A stretch of 39,951 bases of DNA from Octopus bimaculoides (taxonomy: Eukaryota): contig NC_068990.1 in NCBI RefSeq assembly GCF_001194135.2, positions 86,426,309-86,466,259 of the forward strand, in the 5' to 3' direction. Under the pieces are notes generated by a model. That model saw only the letters and a list, made by a program, of their open reading frames with translations. It was not told the DNA's origin and searched no databases. Positions within the stretch are counted from its first letter, which is position 1; each line of letters begins with the position of its first letter. Positions 23,360-34,720 of the stretch are shown piece by piece. The translations under genes were made by a program, and so were the position numbers.

Positions 23360-24696
23360 TTTTATTACTTATACTACAGTATTATTATTCTAACGACCTC
23401 AACTCAGGTCGTTAGAATACCAACATTACTGACCAAACTGTAAACAGTTCTTACCAGAATAACCGTTATTGCGCTGTCCCAGTAAAGAATCCATTATTTT
23501 TAACAGTTAAGTTTATTTGTATGTAGAGGACATGATTGTCGGAACATATCAAAAACAGTCTCTTCACCACCATTCAAAATATACGACTCCAGTAACTGAG
23601 AGTAATTGTTTCTGATAGATATAATTATTGGCGCCTATTCGTCTACGATATTGCGCGTCAATGTAGTGATTCTCTTATCACTAATGCTGCATGAAGCGAG
23701 AAGGTTATGTCTTACTGACGAAATCTACGTAGACTGAAACAGATTCGGAGTTGTCAGCCGTACTTGACAAAATCAGATTAAAACCACATTAGTCAACGAG
23801 CTAATAATTTCTTCTCTTCACCGCATAAATATTAATTTGAATGTTTTATTTTTCTTCACTGCATTATGATGGCATACATTCGACTTCTGTGCCTAATTCT
23901 TTTTTTTTATATATATAAAAAGAGGCAATTTTTTGGCGACCATGATTCAGTATGAAACACCACGAACTACGCGCTTGAAAAATATGTCGGTCATGTTGAC
24001 ACCATGTTGTTTTGTAGCTAGAATTTGTTATAAATTTCAAGACATTCCATTTGAAACAATAAGAACTAAAAAAAAAGAGAGAGCTTAAATACACAAACAC
24101 ACAACCCACAATGCACAAAACCTACATACAACAGAAAACAAAAATGAACAATGAAGAAGTAAGCAAACAAGCTCAAACTATTTAAAAAATGCTGTGATTT
24201 GAAATTGTTGTTGCAGCGGCAACAGCAGCAACGGCAGCAGCCGGGCGGGGTTTTATGGATGATTAGTGACACGTGACTTCACCTGGCAAAATCACTTTTA
24301 AGGAAAAAAAAAATTATAATAATACATGTTTGTGTATGTGACTGCGTATGTCACGCGACTGATTGTATATGTGAGATGTATGTATAAATAGATGGCTGAA
24401 CAAATGGATATGTTATCTAGCATTGTCAGCCATATTTGAATAACTCTGCGATTCTAGTACATTTCAATGGTGACTGTTCAATATTTCTTTTTTGTATATC
24501 TATGACTGTATATCCAATGTAGCTACTGTTCTTTAAAACAATAGGGTGTGATTTCAGGGAGAAGTGCTAACACTTTCTCGCATGTCGAGCAATTATGTAC
24601 AAGTTTCCTCGTTGGCTCCAAGGTTCAGGGAAAGCTTTTAAAATGATTTAATGTATTTTCAAATGCACCCAATTCTCTCTCACCCTCTCTCCTTTA

Positions 24697-24734
<38 letters not shown>

Positions 24735-24735
<1 letters not shown>

Positions 24736-24887
24736 CGATAGGCTTCTTTCAGTTTCCGTCTATCAAATCCACTCACAAGGCTTTGGTCGGTCCGAGGTTA
24801 TAGTAGAAGACACTTGCCAAAGGTGCCACGCGCCGGAACCATGTGGTTGGGATGCAAGCTTCTTACCACACAACCACTCCTGCGCCT
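24735..24887 (-). mobile_element. SINE family A, 5' half only, ending in its internal microsatellite
   Basis: aggcgcaggagtggttgtgtggtaagaagcttgc...ggcacctttggcaagtgtcttctactata...gacggaaactgaaagaagcctatcgt then (TA)n(TG)n; B-box region partly deleted. Confidence 0.85.
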
Positions 24888-26753
24888 TATGTATATATAC
24901 ATACACATATGCATATATATATGTATGTATCTATATAAATAAATAAATAAATATATATATATATATATGTGTGTGTATATTTATATAAATACACACACAA
25001 TATACTCAATATACTCAAACCCTCTGGCATTTCTCTTCCCTAGTGTCTTTACAAATTGTTTCATCAGGCCAAGCTTTATGTGCAAAGGAGGCAATAGGAC
25101 ATTACATGGATTTACAAGAGGAACTGGTATTTAGAGCCCACATACCCAATTTCGGTAGCACGATGAAGACATATTGGACTCACCGGGAACACATTTAAAG
25201 AAAGATAGCGTTAGCATACGGTTTCTTTCAGAAATAAAACGATCATAATGCTACATCACTTTCCAAGTTTACATAGCTTCAAAAGATTACGTAATGGTCA
25301 ATGCTTCCACTAACAAATGTAATAAGTCAAACAGCAAATGCAACATCTCTTTAACAGTGAAGATTAATACACAGACCTTCTGAATACACTTAATATATAT
25401 ATATATATATATATATANNNNNNNNNNNNNNNNNNNNNNNNNNNNNNNNNNNNNNNNNNNNNNNNNNNNNNNNNNNNNNNNNNNNNNNNNNNNNNNNNNN
25501 NNNNNNNNNNNNNNNNNNNNNNNNNNNNNNNNNNNNNNNNNNNNNNNNNNNNNNNNNNNNNNNNNNNNNNNNNNNNNNNNNNNNNNNNNNNNNNNNNNNN
25601 NNNNNNNNNNNNNNNNNNNNNNNNNNNNNNNNNNNNNNNNNNNNNNNNNNNNNNNNNNNNNNNNNNNNNNNNNNNNNNNNNNNNNNNNNNNNNNNNNNNN
25701 NNNNNNNNNNNNNNNNNNNNNNNNNNNNNNNNNNNNNNNNNNNNNNNNNNNNNNNNNNNNNNNNNNNNNNNNNNNNNNNNNNNNNNNNNNNNNNNNNNNN
25801 NNNNNNNNNNNNNNNNNNNNNNNNNNNNNNNNNNNNNNNNNNNNNNNNNNNNNNNNNNNNNNNNNNNNNNNNNNNNNNNNNNNNNNNNNNNNNNNNNNNN
25901 NNNNNNNNNNNNNNNNNNNNNNNNNNNNNNNNNNNNNNNNNNNNNNNNNNNNNNNNNNNNNNNNNNNNNNNNNNNNNNNNNNNNNNNNNNNNNNNNNNNN
26001 NNNNNNNNNNNNNNNNNNNNNNNNNNNNNNNNNNNNNNNNNNNNNNNNNNNNNNNNNNNNNNNNNNNNNNNNNNNNNNNNNNNNNNNNNNNNNNNNNNNN
26101 NNNNNNNNNNNNNNNNNNNNNNNNNNNNNNNNNNNNNNNNNNNNNNNNNNNNNNNNNNNNNNNNGGGGGTTAAATGTTTGCTAGTGTGTGTGTGTGTGTG
26201 TGCCGTAAGAGGTGCAGAGGAGGTGGAAGCGAAAGAGGAGGAGAGAAAGAGAGAGAGAGAGGTAGAGAGAGAGAGAGGGGGGGTAGGGAAAAGGGCGCGG
26301 TAGCAGAGTCGAAGAAGGGGAGGGAGAAAAGAGAAATATGCAACAAAAAGAATTCCTAGAATAGATTATTCTTAGAAGATAGTTATACGTATGTATATGT
26401 ACATGTAGGTAAATATTCTGGCATGTATGTGTATATGCATTTATAATAACGTACACATACACACTCAGACGTAAACATACGCATGCGTGCACACATACAC
26501 ACATACACACATACACACATACACACACAGACATATATGTATATATGTCTTTAACATTTATAAGGTAGGATGTATTTAGAAAGATATTTACGATCTTATT
26601 ATTTATATGTAAATACACAAATACAAACACACGCATATATATATGTGTGTATGTGTATATATGTATATGTGTATACATATATATGTATGCGTATATATAT
26701 GTATGTGTATATATGTATATATATATATGTATGTGTGTATGTATATATATATA

Positions 26754-26791
<38 letters not shown>

Positions 26792-27862
26792 CATATATAT
26801 ATACATATANNNNNNNNNNNNNNNNNNNNNNNNNNNNNNNNNNNNNNNNNNNNNNNNNNNNNNNNNNNNNNNNNNNNNNNNNNNNNNNNNNNNNNNNNNN
26901 NNNNNNNNNNNNNNNNNNNNNNNNNNNNNNNNNNNNNNNNNNNNNNNNNNNNNNNNNNNNNNNNNNNNNNNNNNNNNNNNNNNNNNNNNNNNNNNNNNNN
27001 NNNNNNNNNNNNNNNNNNNNNNNNNNNNNNNNNNNNNNNNNNNNNNNNNNNNNNNNNNNNNNNNNNNNNNNNNNNNNNNNNNNNNNNNNNNNNNNNNNNN
27101 NNNNNNNNNNNNNNNNNNNNNNNNNNNNNNNNNNNNNNNNNNNNNNNNNNNNNNNNNNNNNNNNNNNNNNNNNNNNNNNNNNNNNNNNNNNNNNNNNNNN
27201 NNNNNNNNNNNNNNNNNNNNNNNNNNNNNNNNNNNNNNNNNNNNNNNNNNNNNNNNNNNNNNNNNNNNNNNNNNNNNNNNNNNNNNNNNNNNNNNNNNNN
27301 NNNNNNNNNNNNNNNNNNNNNNNNNNNNNNNNNNNNNNNNNNNNNNNNNNNNNNNNNNNNNNNNNNNNNNNNNNNNNNNNNNNNNNNNNNNNNNNNNNNN
27401 NNNNNNNNNNNNNNNNNNNNNNNNNNNNNNNNNNNNNNNNNNNNNNNNNNNNNNNNNNNNNNNNNNNNNNNNNNNNNNNNNNNTGTATATATATATATGT
27501 ACATGTATAGACATATATCCTTATATCATATTCATATAAATCAGAATACGAAACATGTGGTCAAACAAAAAATTCGTAGTAAGAATTCATTCGAAAAACA
27601 CCAGAATGAAGACAAAATCCAATGGAAAATAACCCGGTTCATCAACACCAAAAATCCAACGTAACAAATCAGGTAATTTCCCTCAGACAACCAATTCAAT
27701 AGACAAATATCAATGGAAGCATGGAAATATGGAAACGGTGAACGTCTTGACTTAATGTGCTATGTCTGACACAAATATGCGACACTTTCTCGTTAGTTAA
27801 CCAATTGCCGCTTAAAGATCTCCAACCTGCATAATGATACTTTACAGAAAATATTACTAAAG

Positions 27863-28029
27863 GGACGCAGGTATGGCTGTGTGATTCAGAAGCTCGTCTT
27901 CCTACTATGTGGTTTTTGGTTCAGTCCCAATGCGTGCCACTTTGAGCATGTATTTGGTACTATTACTACTGGCCAACCCATGCCTTCAGAATGAATTTGG
28001 AAGACAAAAACTGCGTGGAAGGCTGTCGT
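27863..28029 (+). mobile_element. SINE family A, diverged 5' half
   Basis: gacgcaggtatggctgtgtg...ggttcagtcccaatgcgtgcc...aaggctgtcgt then (TATG)n. Confidence 0.75.
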
Positions 28030-28503
28030 ATGTATGTATGTATGTATGTATGTATGTGTGTGTGTTTGTGTGTTCTTTTCTGTTTTCAAGTATTTAAATT
28101 TATCCTTTGAGGAAGGATTTGGTTTCTAATAGAGATACAAAAACTTATCATTGGAATTTAGATAAAAAAAAAGCAATGCCACCTTTTAAAATTGCACGTT
28201 TCTATTGTTCCATTTCGTGATTGTATTTGTAATGTGTGAGTTAGTTGGTTGATTTCGTTTTCTGAAAACCTTAGCTTATTCAGATTGTCACTCACGCATT
28301 TACTCAGAAAGCCAAGTGCATCGGATATAGAAACCGAAGGTTTTCTTATTGTTCATAGTCATTTTCCGTCTCTTTGATTTTCAAAGAGATATTTACATCA
28401 GCTGGACAGATTACGTCTATGGTCCCAAACAACAATATCCAGTCTGTCTGTCTGTATGTATGTAGGTATGTATGTATATATGTATGTAGGTATGTATGTA
28501 TGT

Positions 28504-28920
28504 ATGCAAGCCGTGTAGTAAGAAGCTTGCTTCCCAAATAAATAGTCTCGGGTTCAGTTCTACTGCGTGGCACCTTGGACAAGCGTCTTGTACTATAGTC
28601 TCGGGCCGACCAAAGCCTTTTGAGTAGATTTGGAAGACGGAAACTGAAAGAAGCCCGTCGTGTTTATATATATATGCGTGTGTATGTGTGTGTGTTTGTG
28701 TGTTTGTATGTCTGTGTTTGTCTCCCCGACATCACGTGACAATCGATGCTGGTGTGTTTACGTCCCCGGAATTTAGCTGTTCGGCAAAAGAGCCTGATAG
28801 AATAAGTAACAGGCTTACAAAGAATAAGTCCTGGAGTTGATTTCTTCGATTAAGAGGCGGTACTCCAGCATGGTCGCAGTCAAACGACTGAGACAAATAA
28901 AAGAATAAAAGAAAAAAGAA
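28504..28920 (+). mobile_element. SINE family A, near full length
   Basis: Head, CORE-like segment, internal TA/TG tract (28665-28710), 3' module and taaaagaa tail all present. Confidence 0.9.
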
Positions 28921-28934
28921 TGTATATATATATA

Positions 28935-29138
28935 TATTCTTTTATTCTTTTACTTGTTTCAGTCATTTGACTGCGGCCATGCTGGAGCACAGCTTTTAGT
29001 CGAAAAAATCGACTCCAGGACTTATTCTATGTAAGCCTAGTACTTATTCTATCGATCTCTTGTGCCGTTAAGTTACGGGGACGTAAACATACCAGCACCG
29101 GTTGTCCAGCGGTGATGGGGGGGGGGGCAAACAGACAG
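28935..29138 (-). mobile_element. SINE family A, 3' half, tail-to-tail with 28504-28920
   Basis: ttcttttattcttttacttgtttcagtcatttgactgcggccatgctggagcac...gttacggggacgtaaacataccagcaccggttg, running into an N gap. Confidence 0.9.
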
Positions 29139-29358
29139 NNNNNNNNNNNNNNNNNNNNNNNNNNNNNNNNNNNNNNNNNNNNNNNNNNNNNNNNNNNNNN
29201 NNNNNNNNNNNNNNNNNNNNNNNNNNNNNNNNNNNNNNNNNNNNNNNNNNNNNNNNNNNNNNNNNNNNNNNNNNNNNNNNNNNNNNNNNNNNNNNNNNNN
29301 NNNNNNNNNNNNNNNNNNNNNNNNNNNNNNNNNNNNAGAAAGACATGCACATACATAA

Positions 29359-29400
<42 letters not shown>

Positions 29401-29727
29401 ACGCACACGCACACACACGCACACACACAGGTACGCACACACATACATAAAAACACGCACATGCGCGCACACACGTACACACACACACGCGCACACAGAT
29501 GCACGCACACGCACACATACACGTACACTCGCGCATATATATCTGCCTGTGTGTCTGTGTCCATGTGTCTGTGTCCATGTGTCTGTGTCCATGTGTCTGT
29601 CTGTCTGTCTGTCTGTCTTTCTGTCTGTCCGTCTGTCTGCCTGTCTCTCTGTATATGTATTTATATAATATAATTATATATTTATATTTATATTTATATA
29701 ATATATCATATATACATAATACATACT

Positions 29728-29774
<47 letters not shown>

Positions 29775-30491
29775 GTATATATAAACATTACATATATGCG
29801 TGTGTACATACACACACACACACACATACAAGCACACGTATATGCATACTTACACATAGACACATACAAACATTCACTAACACACACGCATGCGTCCGTA
29901 CACTCACACACACATACACACAGTGGAAGAAGCTAAAGGAAAAAAAAAAAGTTGCTGAAAATAAGCAAATAGTTTGGAAATATGCCACTGAGCGATACCC
30001 GATAAACGGTACCACCCGTATTAAATATGGCAATTTACTAGATAAACCAGAATGTACATACTTTCGTAGCGACCATACGGCTGTTTTGTCCGTTTATCGA
30101 GTCCCACTTGGTTGCGTCAGAACATTTGACGACTCTCGCTTGCAATAAGTTTCTTTATTTGAAGTATATAAAAAGAAAAGATAAAAATATCTTATGTAGC
30201 TTTGTGGGCTAAAGATAACAGCAATAACAATAAGATGAACAAGGACATCAGCAAAAATAAAATTAACGATATTCATATCAACAACAACAACAACAACGAA
30301 ATTTTAATACTGTTGTTACGGAGAATCCGTTGGCAAAATTTGTGAATTTTTATTAATTGAAACACATTGTGTCCACTGAATATAGAAACTACCCCGAGTC
30401 TTCCCAGTCATGTATGAGAGATGATAGAGGTAACATGCAGAGATATCAGTGTAAATGTGGATCATGTATACGTCGTTATATAGGTATTCAA

Positions 30492-30705
30492 GGCGGTGAG
30501 CTGGCAGAAACGTTAGAACGCCGGGCGAAATGCTTAGCGGTGTTTCGTCTGTCTTTACGTTCTGAGTTCAAATTTCGCCGCGGTCGTCTTTGCCTTTCAT
30601 CCTTTCGGGGTCAATAAATTAAGTACCAGTTGCATACTGGAGTCGATCTAATCGACTAACCCCTTCCTCCAAAATATCGGGCCTTGTGCCTAGAGTAGAG
30701 AAGGT
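30492..30705 (+). mobile_element. SINE family B, full length
   Basis: ggcggtgagctggcagaaacgttagaacgccgggcg...gagttcaaattt...gccttgtgcctagagtagagaagg. Confidence 0.9.
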
Positions 30706-31388
30706 TATATATGTATTCATTACAGGCTTATTAGACGTCTTTCATATTTTGACAGTCTCTTTAATCGCCTGATTAAGTACACCCTCTTTGGCTTTGAGAA
30801 ATCCCAATGTGGTACCGAGGCAGTTATTCACGTATCCAAATGCCCTAATACTTATCGGTGAATATCTATATCAACAACCCTGATAAAATAATTTTAAATC
30901 TCTGATCAGTTCGGTATACATGTTTTCATTTTGCACCAATTTCTGACATCATGCTAACAGTTGCTGGGCAACTGATTTCAATTACTGCGCATAATTTCTT
31001 TTACTTCTCCTGCATCATTACGTCTGCTTTATTACGTTTGTATTAATGAAGTCTTGACAGAAATACCTCATCAGTGCTCTTTCATACCATGAGTGATTAC
31101 GCCCTCCAGATCAGTAGATTTTTTTTTACATTTGTCTTCTCAAGATGTCGGTGTATAATGTCGTAAATATGACGTCATACCTCGTTGGTAGTTAATACCA
31201 AGCTTACGTTTTCGGGACAAGTCTTATGATGTGGGTGACCTCTTAACTATTAATTCCTCTGTATCTGCAACAGTTGATGCACCTGGGGGGTTTAGCTGCA
31301 TCCCCATCCTTTTGCGCATCAGGTATTTGGTTGTATGTATGTATGTTTGTTTGTATGTATGTATGTATGTATGTATGTACGTACGTAC

Positions 31389-31429
<41 letters not shown>

Positions 31430-31873
31430 NNNNNNNNNNNNNNNNNNNNNNNNNNNNNNNNNNNNNNNNNNNNNNNNNNNNNNNNNNNNNNNNNNNNNNN
31501 NNNNNNNNNNNNNNNNNNNNNNNNNNNNNNNNNNNNNNNNNNNNNNNNNNNNNNNNNNNNNNNNNNNNNNNNNNNNNNNNNNNNNNNNNNNNNNNNNNNN
31601 NNNNNNNNNNNNNNNNNNNNNNNNNNNNNNNNNNNNNNNNNNNNNNNNNNNNNNNNNNNNNNNNNNNNNNNNNNNNNNNNNNNNNNNNNNNNNNNNNNNN
31701 NNNNNNNNNNNNNNNNNNNNNNNNNNNNNNNNNNNNNNNNNNNNNNNNNNNNNNNNNNNNNNNNNNNNNNNNNNNNNNNNNNNNNNNNNNNNNNNNNNNN
31801 NNNNNNNNNNNNNNNNNNNNNNNNNNNNNNNNNNNTATACACATACACATATATACATATACGCCTATGCATA

Positions 31874-31913
<40 letters not shown>

Positions 31914-32411
31914 TGGAGAAGTTTACGAGTTTGAATCGACGCTATGCCCGTAGGGTGAAGTGGAATCTTATTTTCTTTACTCACGAATTTTATTAAACAG
32001 TAATAGCGTCGTTGGTGACGGGTTTTCAGTGGGCCCGATCACTGGTTCACTGCGTTTCTGACGAGGAGAGCGGCAGGGAAGTGTCTGTAACTTGATACAA
32101 AATAAATAGTTTACCTGATCTCATTCGTAAAGTAACGGCTTTCGCCGAGTTTTATTTCCTTCACCTGTATATTCTGGTGAAGGAGGAATTTCTCGTCAAA
32201 TTTCTCTTACACGTAGCATAGTTAAGATTACATTATCCAATGTGTTTTTCCAATTTAAGACGGTGAATGTATCATATGAAAATGTTATTGTTTCTTGTAC
32301 GGCAGACGACCACACAGAGCAAATAGGCCCAACCTTTGTTTTTGCTCTTGAGGGAGTTCTTGAAATTCATTCCGTCTCTCGAGGATTCCCTGCATGAAAA
32401 TTAATCTTTTG

Positions 32412-32600
32412 TTTTTTAATTGTTTCAGGTTCTAGACTACGGCCATGCAGGTGCACCGCCTTGAAGAGTTCTTCGTTGAACGAATCGAATCCAGTACTTA
32501 CGTTTTATAAGCCTGGTACTTATTCTGTCGGTCTGTTTTGCCAAGCTGCTAAGTTACAGGAACATAAACGCACCAACACCGGTTGTCAAGCTGCAGCCAC
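32412..32600 (-). mobile_element. SINE family A, 3' half (no tRNA head)
   Basis: gtttcaggttctagactacggccatgcaggtgcaccgcc...aagcctggtacttattctgtcggtc...caacaccggttgtcaagc then (CA)n. Confidence 0.8.
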
Positions 32601-32614
32601 ACACATACACACAC

Positions 32615-32652
<38 letters not shown>

Positions 32653-32704
32653 AACACCACACAGTCACTCACACACACATACCCCCACCATATATATATA
32701 TGTA

Positions 32705-32735
<31 letters not shown>

Positions 32736-32744
32736 ATTTATGTG

Positions 32745-32948
32745 TGTATGTCTGTGTTTGTTGACTCCCTACATTGCTTGCCAACCGATGCTGGTTTCCC
32801 TGTAATTTAGCGGTTCGGAAAAAGAGACCGATAGAATAAGTGCTAGGCTGACATAGAATAAGTCCTAGGTCGATTTCTTCGACTAAAGCCCTTCAAGACG
32901 GTGCTACAGCATGGCCGTAGTCAAATGACTGAAACAAGTAAAAGAATA
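32745..32948 (+). mobile_element. SINE family A, 3' half (no tRNA head)
   Basis: (TG)n then ttgccaaccgatgctgg...gagaccgatagaataagtgctagg...gtcaaatgactgaaacaagtaaaagaa. Confidence 0.85.
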
Positions 32949-32957
32949 TATACATGT

Positions 32958-33085
32958 TCTTTTATTCTTTTACTTATTTCAGTCATTTGACTGCGGCCAT
33001 ACTGGAGCATCACCTTTAGTCGAACAAATAGATCGCAGGACTTATTCTTTGTAAGCCTAGTAAATATTCTATCCGCCTCTTTTGC
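32958..33085 (-). mobile_element. SINE family A, 3' tail fragment, tail-to-tail with 32745-32948
   Basis: ttcttttattcttttacttatttcagtcatttgactgcggccatactggagc...gtaagcctagtaaatattctatccgcctcttttgcc. Confidence 0.85.
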
Positions 33086-33255
33086 CAATTACAGTAACCA
33101 TTGCCTGGGTTTCCCTACATTAGCGAATATACTGTGTGTGTGTGTAATTAAATTCCAAATCTAGAATTAAACACAAAAATGACAAAAAAAAATGAATTTG
33201 AATATAATTACCATATTTATTACTGTTTCTCACGTAATCCCTCACGATCTCTGCA

Positions 33256-34070
33256 GGACTCCGGAGTTTCGAAGAACTCCTATTGAGAAACACTAACATA
33301 GAGGTCCCTTCATCGAGTAATCTACACAGCTTCGATAAAGACATTACCGTGATTGTCAATGATTGACTTTCGTTATTTATTGCCTATGAGAGGAGATTTT
33401 GATCATGTCAACAATGGATGTTATTTGGTGCTGACTCGACCTGCTACAAATAGCAGCCTCGTTTCTTTAGATGACATTCTCCGTCAAGCTCATAACTGTT
33501 ACCGTACCTATTGGTTATCCGACTCTTGCCTTATTGCAAATGTACTCCACAGAGGCTCGTCTTCCCCCGGATCAAGTGACAGCATAAGTGCTTTGCTTTT
33601 GATCTATCAGAAACAGCTAAGCAGGTTACTTGAAACTGTTCTTTTAAGTATTCCCCCCTCACATCCCATTCACGAACAAAAACTCAACATCGTAAGTCCT
33701 CTAAGCACTTCACTCAGAGTTGCACTGCAGCTGTTTATGCCAGAAACGAAGCCTACAACGCCTGGAGATACTATTTCTCCAAAATTGGATGGTGCTCAAC
33801 CAGCAGCGCAAATCTTATAAGACCACTATCTTGTCTGCAAAATAAATGTCTTCATGCAATGATCAGCCCTTAGGTTTTCCTGTCTCCTAAACTGCAACCG
33901 ATCCTTCAAACACCTTGCCAAAAAATATCTCCAGTAGCTTTGTCGGGTCCTCTTTTCCTCAATTTCTCAACAGTGATGACTCCATAAGAAGTACACCACT
34001 GAAAAAGTCTCCACCTTGTTACTCGCTTTGAATCCAAGTCTACACTCCATATCCATGGCTGATCTACACT
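33256..34070 (+). pseudogene. Decayed non-LTR retrotransposon ORF2 (end of AP endonuclease plus linker), CR1/Jockey-group-like
   Basis: Colinear, frameshifted motifs: LVLTRPATNSSLVSLDDILRQAHN/LITVTVPI (cf. DLFLTS...SSDHNLISV), HKCFAFDLSETAKQVT, FTQSCTAAVYARNEAYNAWR (cf. PWF..C..A...R), LPKNISSSFVGSSFPQFLNSDD and LVTRFESKSTL. Order matches invertebrate LINE ORF2 as I recall it; clade needs a search. Confidence 0.72.
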
Positions 34071-34535
34071 ACAAGTCTACACTGCATATCCATGGCTTAT
34101 ATTAACCATTAACCACTAAACCTTTTCAACTCGTTCTCTTTTCCCCCTGGACAGTCAAATCTCCCTTTCACTATGAACATCAAATCGCTTTACTTAGTCA
34201 TCCCCATAGCGACGGCCTATCAACCCTTCAAAATTTGGTATTCAAACCGCGGAAGCTTTTGAATAGTTAGCACAGAAGATTCAAACAGATAATTTCCTTT
34301 TAATCCTTCACTCATTCCTCATACTTTAATCCTGACTTTATCCTTTAGTTATTATTTCATTAAAAATTTTCCCTCTACAACAACCGCGCTACCTTATATT
34401 CCGCTTTCTGCCTTTTCTTCTCCTTCTCTCATCTAGCCTCTCTCTCTCTCTAACTCTTTCCTGTCTCTTAGGATGCTCAAACATAGAGGACAGAAAACAA
34501 TTCCGTCTTCTCTTTTAATCCCTGTGATTTCAACC

Positions 34536-34566
34536 CTGCAGAAGGGTTCTGTCCGAAATGTCGAAT
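34536..34566 (+). mobile_element. Degenerate Penelope-like hammerhead core
   Basis: ctgcaga-a-gg-gttctgt-cc-gaaatgtc: A6 substituted, short stem II, GAAA-T-GTC junction. Confidence 0.4.
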
Positions 34567-34688
34567 CCTTCACCTCCCACACCAATGTTTTTACTCTTTC
34601 TGTCGCTTTTACACTTCGCACACACACCACACATATTTCGCTTTGGTATTCGTTTTGCAAGATTCTAGGTGTGAAGCCCTCTGTTCTA

Positions 34689-34720
<32 letters not shown>

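Noticed and set aside
25184-25380. Minus-strand exon ending at CCG|GTGAGT near 25183
   Set aside because: Good donor, but upstream acceptors give either stops in all frames or only a 41-nt piece with no recognisable peptide.
27540-27675. GQTKNS as a GIY-YIG hint, and MENNPVHQHQKSNVTNQ|gtaatt as a first exon
   Set aside because: Both rest on a few residues or a single donor in A-rich sequence, with no supporting motifs.
14917-33270. Shared 16-mer aggactccggagtttc (minus strand near 14920, plus strand near 33255), both reading GLRSF like an LRR
   Set aside because: One match of this length is near chance level in a 40-kb self-comparison, flanks do not align, and the second copy is inside a LINE relic.
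33471-33691. Resemblance of ISALLLIYQKQLSRLLETVLLSIPPSHP to a RhoGEF DH domain
   Set aside because: The same DNA carries several colinear LINE ORF2 motifs in other frames over about 800 bp, a much more economical explanation.
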